Origin: Candidatus Saccharimonadota bacterium
Lineage (GTDB): Archaea; Micrarchaeota; Micrarchaeia; Micrarchaeales; Micrarchaeaceae
DNA: 32,000 nt
Reading direction: 5' to 3'
Assembly (NCBI RefSeq): GCF_002214165.1
Contig: NZ_CP019964.1
Span: forward strand, 690,001-722,000
The stretch's first letter is position 1, and each line of letters starts with the position of its first letter. The translations under genes and the position numbers were made by a program. This document shows positions 8,317 through 14,677 of the stretch, piece by piece. Below the pieces are notes generated by a model. The model saw only the letters and a program-made list of their open reading frames with translations, made no database searches and had not been told where the DNA came from.

Positions 8317-8638
8317 ACAGAACTCTTATACGATAAGCAAGGCAGACCTCAGGAAACTGCTGATAAACTACAAGATTAGCGAGGACACTATCGCCCGGTT
8401 TTTTGGGGAGCTGGAAAAGTCCCATAGACATATAAATGCACTCGCGTTCGTATCGATATTGGAGAAGTCTGGAGTAGACTTAGATAATATTGTAAACATA
8501 TTGCGCCGCCTTGGTATGGATGACGTCAGGATAAATAATATACTGAATGATGAAGACGAACAGAAGCTTGCAGCAGAGCCAGGAAGGATATTCAATGCCT
8601 CAGTTGAATTCAGCGCAGAGGATGAAGTTAATGAGTAA
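8309..8638 (+). CDS. Small acidic protein (109 aa), paralogous to the C-terminal ~75 aa of the upstream ATPase
   Basis: Its start overlaps the ATPase stop (ATGAGTGA). LRKLLINYKISEDTIARFFGELEKSHRHINALAFVSIL..NIVNILRRLGMDD aligns with LKNKMINYNVSGDIINQLFKKLDSQGRTINMLDFVRTL..DIIALLKSMSIED of the ATPase tail. Confidence 0.7.
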   Translation: MSEQNSYTISKADLRKLLINYKISEDTIARFFGELEKSHRHINALAFVSILEKSGVDLDNIVNILRRLGMDDVRINNILNDEDEQKLAAEPGRIFNASVEFSAEDEVNE

Positions 8639-9032
8639 AAGCAGCATATCTAACAACAGGTGCATAATATGCGGCCAGCAGAAGCCAGGGTTGCATGTGA
8701 AAGATGATTTTGTACTGGATTCAATAAGATGGATCAAAAGGAACATAACCAAAAATGAAAAGGGGTACAAACTGGTAGTGTGTAAGGAGGATTACAAAAA
8801 ATACCTTAAAGAAAGGAACAAATATATAAGAAGGCAGATATTTTATATAGCGATAGGGATAGTGTTTGCGGCATTGCTGATAATAATGTCGGGTGGTTCG
8901 ATAGGTGCAATACTCTTTGGGCTTGCTATAATATTGCTGCTTTATCTGCTTTCGCTCCTTTCATATATTCCAGCAGTAGATCTTCCTGAAAAATTTGTAT
9001 CAAAGGATTTAAAAGGGAAATATGATAAATGA
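8631..9032 (+). CDS. Small membrane protein with an N-terminal CxxC..H..C segment and two C-terminal TM helices (about 133 aa)
   Basis: The track ORF 8547..9032 overlaps the previous gene for 90 nt. ATG 8631 (ATGAGTAA overlap with the stop at 8636-8638) or ATG 8622 is the likelier start. CIICGQQKPGLH...VVCKED is followed by a hydrophobic IFYIAIGIVFAALLIIMSGGSIGAILFGLAIILLLYLL segment. Confidence 0.6.
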   Translation: MSKSSISNNRCIICGQQKPGLHVKDDFVLDSIRWIKRNITKNEKGYKLVVCKEDYKKYLKERNKYIRRQIFYIAIGIVFAALLIIMSGGSIGAILFGLAIILLLYLLSLLSYIPAVDLPEKFVSKDLKGKYDK

Positions 9033-9058
9033 GTATTGTTGTGTTATAAGGTGTATGA

Positions 9059-9790
9059 ATGCCTGAATCTATGGGGATAATAAAACCTAAAGTAAAAGAA
9101 TTCTACTTAAATAGCAGGTTAGTTGGAAGTTTCGACGATATGCTCGGCAGGTTTTCTGATGTAAAGACATTTATATCGAAAAAGCAGCAGGACAATTCAT
9201 TAGTTTTAGTCTCTATAGAGAGCAGGGATATGCAGAAGAATCCTTTCCTGTTCATAGTTCTTGTATTCAAGCCTGATTCTATAACTGTGCAGTATTCTAT
9301 ACCGCTGGACAGCAGCGAAAAGATGAGAAAGATTTATGTTATAAGGGCTGTGCTTGAGCTGCTTGCACTCGTTACAGACCTATATATTGTAGACCAGAGT
9401 GCACTTTATACTTATATCAATTCTTCTATAGATGATATATTGGGCTCATTAAGTCAAAGCTACAGTTCGTTGTTCAATAGCTATGATTCGTTGTTCAGCG
9501 AATTCAGGGAAATACGCAGGCTTAACCTTGAGCTTCAAAATTCGAATAAAACGCTTACAGCAAAAGCGGTCCAGATGGAAGACGAGAATAAAAGGCTTAA
9601 TGAGCAGCTGGATCAGCTGCATAAGTATTCCGACCAGGCTTTGATGGTTATGGTCGAGGATTGGATAGACGAGCATAACAACACAATAGACTTGGATGCG
9701 TTTTCCAATACGCACCACATACCAATATCAAGAGTCGAGCAGATACTTAACAAGATGGTCACGGAAGGTTACATATCCATACAGGGATGA
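9059..9790 (+). CDS. Cytoplasmic protein (243 aa): N-terminal alpha/beta region, central coiled coil, C-terminal winged-helix-like module
   Basis: SD AGGTG at 9046-9050. Heptad-like segment LNLELQNSNKTLTAKAVQMEDENKRLNEQLDQL. The C-terminus HHIPISRVEQILNKMVTEGYISIQG looks like the recognition helix and wing of a wHTH. Confidence 0.7.
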   Translation: MPESMGIIKPKVKEFYLNSRLVGSFDDMLGRFSDVKTFISKKQQDNSLVLVSIESRDMQKNPFLFIVLVFKPDSITVQYSIPLDSSEKMRKIYVIRAVLELLALVTDLYIVDQSALYTYINSSIDDILGSLSQSYSSLFNSYDSLFSEFREIRRLNLELQNSNKTLTAKAVQMEDENKRLNEQLDQLHKYSDQALMVMVEDWIDEHNNTIDLDAFSNTHHIPISRVEQILNKMVTEGYISIQG

Positions 9791-9930
9791 ATATGATATA
9801 CAATGTCAGGGTAAATCAAAAGCTTAAATATGTAAGAGTCTACCGAATAGTTAAAAGGCTCTCGAAAGGAGAAAACGGCTTGACAAAACTTTTCGTAAAA
9901 CTGTTTGCAAAAAAGGGGAATACGGAGTGA
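9787..9930 (+). CDS. Unlisted micro-ORF (47 aa, very basic): MNMIYNVRVNQKLKYVRVYRIVKRLSKGENGLTKLFVKLFAKKGNTE
   Basis: ATG 9787 overlaps the upstream stop (ATGA at 9787-9790). Its stop at 9928-9930 lies 7 nt before the next start and inside that gene's SD-like GGAGTGA. It fills an otherwise empty gap in a tightly packed operon. It is below the size cutoff of the ORF track. Confidence 0.35.
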   Translation: MNMIYNVRVNQKLKYVRVYRIVKRLSKGENGLTKLFVKLFAKKGNTE

Positions 9931-9937
9931 TGGCTGA

Positions 9938-12328
9938 ATGAAAAAGAAGATAGCTATTTTAATTTTAGTCGTGGTCATGGCAATAATCTTTGCAGGGATA
10001 TTTGCTTATCTCTCCAGTCTCTTCGCACAGCTAAAGCCTCCTGCGCCTCCAGTATTGAAATATATAGCGCCTAGTGAAAATGTGTACCTTACAGGGCAAA
10101 ATCTGCTGTTTTACAATTATAGCTACGACATCATGCCTTACACTCTTTTGGACTATGCAGCATCAAATGTAACCGGGCTGTACATCAATGAATCGATATT
10201 GCAGAAATCCCCTCCTTCCTACAACGAGATATACATATTGAATTATACTAATGACTGCTTGTCATGCTCCAACCCGACCGCGGAAGTAAGCTATATTACC
10301 AATGACCTTATAAAATACAGAATCATAAGCAATTACAGCCAAGTTCAGGTTGTGTCCGCTTCACAGGTTGCTTCTTTACCAAATAACTCCATACTAATAA
10401 TAATGAACGGGAGGCTCCCAATATCAATGATGGGCAACTATAGCTTGTCGGACAACAATCCGCAATTGGCAAGGCAATACAATGAAAGCAATACCTCTGT
10501 AATCGGATATGCATTGATGAAAGGCATTTCAATAATCTATATAGGGAATGATTTTTCAAGCTTAGTTGGGCCTGGAGATATCGTGGTCCCGGATAGCAGG
10601 ATGCCCTCTTATCTTTCAACTTCCGGTGTTTCGCCGCTGCCAAAAGAAAATGGATTCTATTTTACAAACAGGACTTTTGTATTTAATAATGGAAGAACGT
10701 ATGGGCCTGTATCATATACCTATGTTTATAACGGTACTATAATTGCATTCTCCAATTACCTCAGTTCATGGCCTTCATTGAACGATTCCGCTTACGATAT
10801 AGCTAAGTCAATATCCCAATTGTACTGGATCCCCACTTATATATCTGGAACAGCTACGGTAAATGTTGGATTGAACAATGTGGTGTCAGGATCTGAAGGA
10901 GTATTTTTGAACAGCAGCACCTTGGGCTATTCATACCCCCTAATAAAAAAGCTGAATTCCGGGATAATAAGAATAGTCGCCTATACCAATAGCACCTATG
11001 GATTTGGGAATGGATCAATCTATAACTATCTTACTTATAAACCGGATTACAAGGTATACGGAAAATTGGGCATACAGAATAACATCGTAGCGGGATCCAC
11101 AGATCCTGTTGATATGGACATTTTCACCAATTCATCAACAAATGTAAATATAGTCCCCCATCTGGCAATATACTATACCAACATGACCAAATTTGAGGAT
11201 ATATACCTTACATCTTTTGAAGCCTCGGGCAACTTTTCCTTGATACAGTACAAGACATTTACACTACCTCCAGGACAGTATATAGCGATTCTAAGGAACG
11301 ACCTCGATTTTGACTATGCCTCTGCATTATTCACGGTCCCTCCCATTTCGGTAACCCTGTCTCCGTATTTCACAAAAAATGTGTTCACCTTCACTGTATA
11401 TTCACAGGGTAAGCCAATCTCTGGAATTCCATACTCAATAAACGTCGATGGCAAATATACACAGAATGGAACAGTGGAGAACGGTGTAATAAATTATACC
11501 TTGCCTAAGACTGCACCAAAGCTTACAACTAAATCCACGTTTAACCTAAATATGCTTTCTACGGATTTTGTAAACACTGCAACACCGCCAACATTCCATA
11601 TAAACTCTGAATACATAGAAGCCGGAATTGTATTCCTTGTCGCTTTCATAGTCATAGTATTTGTGCATCCGGCACCAAGAGACGAATTTTATATTGATGT
11701 GTCAAATCTGCCAGTAGCCAAAAAACAGGACATACGTTTAAAGGACATAGATCTGATTGGAGCATTTGACAAGCTTAATACTTATTACCATTGGAGGTAT
11801 ATGCCTTTGACAGTGCATGAGTTCAGGACCGCTGTATCAAATTACATCCGCTCCAACAATATACCTGTGAACCTTACTCTGAACAACATCAATACGATAC
11901 TTACACAGATGGTAGAGAAGAACGAATTGGTTTCTGTAAGAGATCTTTATGCGCCAAAATCATGGATCACATTGAGCAAGCATGACATTGCATATCTGGC
12001 CATATTCAAGGAGCTTAGGATGTTCATGATATCGCATGCGATAACCTTTACAGACCTGGATAGCAACGACAAGGCAGACATGGTAATAGCAATGAAGGAC
12101 CAGAAGGCGAATATAATAATTTATTCGAAGACATCAAAATTCAAGGAGGTATCTATAACTCCAGGATTAAAGACCTTTATAGTATTCTTGAGCGAGGAGG
12201 AGCTGAATAAGTTCAAGGAAACTGTTTACAGTGTGTCCTCTTATGATATGGATCTTTTCAGGATTTACCTATCTTCAGGGTTGGTAAAATTGGTGAGCTT
12301 GGACAACCTAAATGACCTGCTCTCCTGA
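9938..12328 (+). CDS. Large bitopic surface protein (796 aa): signal anchor, ~525-aa sequon-rich ectodomain, TM helix, ~220-aa cytoplasmic tail with a winged-helix-like module
   Basis: N-terminal hydrophobic helix at aa 5-30. I count 20 N-x-S/T sequons by hand between aa 60 and 521. Second TM EAGIVFLVAFIVIVFV at about nt 11612-11668. The cytoplasmic tail contains NNIPVNLTLNNINTILTQMVEKNELVSV. Confidence 0.8.
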   Translation: MKKKIAILILVVVMAIIFAGIFAYLSSLFAQLKPPAPPVLKYIAPSENVYLTGQNLLFYNYSYDIMPYTLLDYAASNVTGLYINESILQKSPPSYNEIYILNYTNDCLSCSNPTAEVSYITNDLIKYRIISNYSQVQVVSASQVASLPNNSILIIMNGRLPISMMGNYSLSDNNPQLARQYNESNTSVIGYALMKGISIIYIGNDFSSLVGPGDIVVPDSRMPSYLSTSGVSPLPKENGFYFTNRTFVFNNGRTYGPVSYTYVYNGTIIAFSNYLSSWPSLNDSAYDIAKSISQLYWIPTYISGTATVNVGLNNVVSGSEGVFLNSSTLGYSYPLIKKLNSGIIRIVAYTNSTYGFGNGSIYNYLTYKPDYKVYGKLGIQNNIVAGSTDPVDMDIFTNSSTNVNIVPHLAIYYTNMTKFEDIYLTSFEASGNFSLIQYKTFTLPPGQYIAILRNDLDFDYASALFTVPPISVTLSPYFTKNVFTFTVYSQGKPISGIPYSINVDGKYTQNGTVENGVINYTLPKTAPKLTTKSTFNLNMLSTDFVNTATPPTFHINSEYIEAGIVFLVAFIVIVFVHPAPRDEFYIDVSNLPVAKKQDIRLKDIDLIGAFDKLNTYYHWRYMPLTVHEFRTAVSNYIRSNNIPVNLTLNNINTILTQMVEKNELVSVRDLYAPKSWITLSKHDIAYLAIFKELRMFMISHAITFTDLDSNDKADMVIAMKDQKANIIIYSKTSKFKEVSITPGLKTFIVFLSEEELNKFKETVYSVSSYDMDLFRIYLSSGLVKLVSLDNLNDLLS

Positions 12329-13933
12329 TTCGCCTGAATCGGTCTCCTCTATGTCTTTTTTCTTTATGTAATGAGATTCTACAAGGGTTGACAGCTTTTC
12401 CTTTATCATGCCTCTGTCCATGTCAGTGATGAATGCCAAATCCGAAGACAGGTGGTCAACATATTTGATTATTGATTTATACTTGCTCATCTCAATCTTG
12501 TCCCTCTCTTTGTTCTTCAGGTAATGATGCATCTCCCTTGCACAGTCCATCAATGCAAATTTTATCTCATTGACTATAGATTGGTCCTGCTGTATGGATT
12601 CCTTGCCGACCCCTGAATAGGGTATATAAATTGAGGACATGTTGACCATTATGCTTACAGGCTGCTTTTCCAGGTCTATGTCATACCTCTTCCATGATAC
12701 TTTCTTTACCGCTTCTGTAATCGCACAGCTTCCCGCGTCAAATAGCAATGGAACTTTATTCGCAAACCTCATTATATTTGATGTATAATCGTTGTCTTCT
12801 GTTTTCTTCCCTGCATTTCCGCCTATCGCTATAGCCGACTCTATTATAAATGGTATCCCTCCATAGAACACCTTTGGCTTCCTCTCTGTCACTGAGATGT
12901 ATTCTGGATTTAGTATGTTAAGGACTGTCGTTTTGATTTGGGATTTTCCCAGTATGCTTAATGATGAGGCATCTGGAGCTATCCAGTCTATTTTCTTGAA
13001 TGCGTTTATAAGCATCTCTGCATCATCCCAGTTTATTTCAGAGGGGGGCTTGTCAAAATCAATATTGCAAACTTTTCTTAGTTCTTCGATTTTCTTGGGG
13101 CTTACACGAGTAAATGAGTTCTGAAGAAAAGTCGAAATCTTTTTCTCTTGTGATACCTGTGAGAATTCTATTATGTCATTTATGGACAGCCCTAATGGAT
13201 GGGGCTTTACTTCCTTTGGCTTTTTAGGTATTGCATTTATTGAACGTGTAAATATGTATTTTTCGGATTCGGGATCGATGAATGCTATCTGGCAGTGTGG
13301 ATTTACAAGCGCCGTCCTTTTCAGGTACTCGTAAACACCTCTGTCACCTCTTTCATATTTTATCTCTCCAAAAACCCCCTCAACTTTAAGCCCTGTGCCA
13401 CTATGATTTATGTCACTCATATTGGAAACTACGGGGGTGTTGTCAATGGTATTGATTGATAAATCACATGCATAAGATTCGTTTAATGTTGTGGACTCTA
13501 TATGTATAGGCTTGCCTGTTGTCATGCTAGAGAACAATGTGCACCCTGCGGCTCCTATACCCTGCTGGCCTCTCTGCTGCTTGTAAGAATTGAATTTAGT
13601 GCCAGCAAGAATGGTGGCAAGCGCTTTTCCAATGTATTTCTTTGGTATCCCCGGGCCATTGTCTTCTATGCTGATCCAATACTTGTTTTCACCTGCATCT
13701 TTTATAGAAACTGTTATCTCTGGAAGTATGCCTGCCTCTTCACATGCATCCAGTGAATTTGTGACATATTCGTGGACTATCGTGACCATAGAATGGGCTA
13801 ACCCGGAATAGCCCAGCATCTGCTTGTTCTTCTTGAAGAATTCTGAAATTGAGTGCTCCTTGAATTTGTTGAATATTGAATCCGCACTCCCTACTGTTTC
13901 ATTGGCATTATTAATTGGAGGCATTGCTATCAA
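12308..13933 (-). CDS. top6B: DNA topoisomerase VI subunit B
   Basis: GHKL/Bergerat ATPase motifs: EYVTNSLDA (N box), EDNGPGIP (G1), GQQGIGAAG (G2). The length and N-terminal SISEFFKKNKQMLGY are typical of Top6B. Confidence 0.95.
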   Translation of the reverse strand: MIAMPPINNANETVGSADSIFNKFKEHSISEFFKKNKQMLGYSGLAHSMVTIVHEYVTNSLDACEEAGILPEITVSIKDAGENKYWISIEDNGPGIPKKYIGKALATILAGTKFNSYKQQRGQQGIGAAGCTLFSSMTTGKPIHIESTTLNESYACDLSINTIDNTPVVSNMSDINHSGTGLKVEGVFGEIKYERGDRGVYEYLKRTALVNPHCQIAFIDPESEKYIFTRSINAIPKKPKEVKPHPLGLSINDIIEFSQVSQEKKISTFLQNSFTRVSPKKIEELRKVCNIDFDKPPSEINWDDAEMLINAFKKIDWIAPDASSLSILGKSQIKTTVLNILNPEYISVTERKPKVFYGGIPFIIESAIAIGGNAGKKTEDNDYTSNIMRFANKVPLLFDAGSCAITEAVKKVSWKRYDIDLEKQPVSIMVNMSSIYIPYSGVGKESIQQDQSIVNEIKFALMDCAREMHHYLKNKERDKIEMSKYKSIIKYVDHLSSDLAFITDMDRGMIKEKLSTLVESHYIKKKDIEETDSGESGEQVI

Positions 13934-14463
13934 ACCTCTTTTGATTCAGGGGCCTTTCTATATCTTTTATGAGCAGCTTCCATTCTCCTGTAAGCCAACC
14001 TATGGGAACCGCCTTCTATTAAGGTCTTGGCGGCGGTTTCCGCTTCGGCGATGTTATCTGCTTTTCCTATGAAGCATATTGTATCCCCGTATATGCTTAG
14101 ATATGCGGAACTTACCTCCTCTATATACTTTTTAGTCCTGCCATTATTGCCTATTAGCCTTGCCTTGATCTCTGTTCTCCTGTTTTTGTTTTTGGCATAA
14201 TCAGCCAGGTCTATGAATGTAAAATAGAATTCATCATTCAAGAGTTTTTCGGCTATCTCTATGCTGAATCCCCTGCCAAACGCATAAAGTATATTCTTGG
14301 CATTGAATTCATCAAAGGCATCTCCTTCTATCTCTATGCTATTGCCTTGGCTTATTTTAAGATGGCAGTTGCATGTATCTTCCAATCTTTTTAATAGGTC
14401 ATGATTTGATTTTAGTAATTTTAATCTTTCCGCCGGTATGTAAACTTCTTGCATATTAACCAT
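13930..14463 (-). CDS. KH-domain RNA-binding protein (archaeal Dim2/Pno1-like)
   Basis: 177 aa. RLIGNNGRTKKYIEEVSSAYLSIYGDTICFIGK is a type-1 KH GxxG-containing block. Its stop overlaps the top6B start by 4 nt. Confidence 0.65.
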   Translation of the reverse strand: MVNMQEVYIPAERLKLLKSNHDLLKRLEDTCNCHLKISQGNSIEIEGDAFDEFNAKNILYAFGRGFSIEIAEKLLNDEFYFTFIDLADYAKNKNRRTEIKARLIGNNGRTKKYIEEVSSAYLSIYGDTICFIGKADNIAEAETAAKTLIEGGSHRLAYRRMEAAHKRYRKAPESKEV

Positions 14464-14677
14464 CTGGTATATTTAGAAATAAATATCTATATTGGATTTA
14501 TAGCAATTCATATTTATTTATTCGCTGCATCTTCATGATATAAATATGTACAGTATGGACTGGACACGTATTTTCTTGGTTGTAGCACATTAAGTAATTC
14601 TGTAGATTTACGAATGAAATAACGTTTAATGTCTAATACAGGTTAGTCAATATTTAAACTTTTTATTACAATCTGTA

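Noticed and set aside
6954-8595. Alternative-frame and antisense ORFs over the ATPase and its tail gene (6954..7199, 7138..7392, 7389..7814, 7540..7761, 7996..8217, 8368..8595)
   Set aside because: They conflict with an ATPase ORF that has intact Walker A and B motifs and downstream blocks. No motifs or start signals support them.
8547-8630. N-terminal 28 codons of the track ORF 8547..9032
   Set aside because: They overlap the preceding gene out of frame for 90 nt. Internal ATGs at 8622 and 8631 give the usual stop/start overlap seen throughout this operon.
1-12328. Interpreting the cluster as a type IV pilus or archaellum locus
   Set aside because: The ATPase lacks the FlaI/PilB-type pattern. 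There is no FlaJ/PilC-like gene and no convincing class III (prepilin) signal peptide; the N-termini look like ordinary signal anchors.
1-12328. Interpreting the cluster as an integrated plasmid or provirus (ATPase plus membrane proteins plus glycoprotein spike)
   Set aside because: No integrase, capsid-like gene, replication gene or att-type repeat is visible, and composition and SD usage match the neighbouring core genes. This is not fully excluded, because the left boundary is outside the window.
14464-14677. Searched the intergenic regions (14464-14677, 19053-19333, 25549-25728, 26509-26602, 28326-28422) for C/D-box sRNAs or other small RNAs
   Set aside because: I found no canonical C box (RUGAUGA) paired with a D box (CTGA) at suitable spacing, only AT-rich promoter-like sequence and a palindromic TATAAAA-CT-TTTTATA at 19149-19164.
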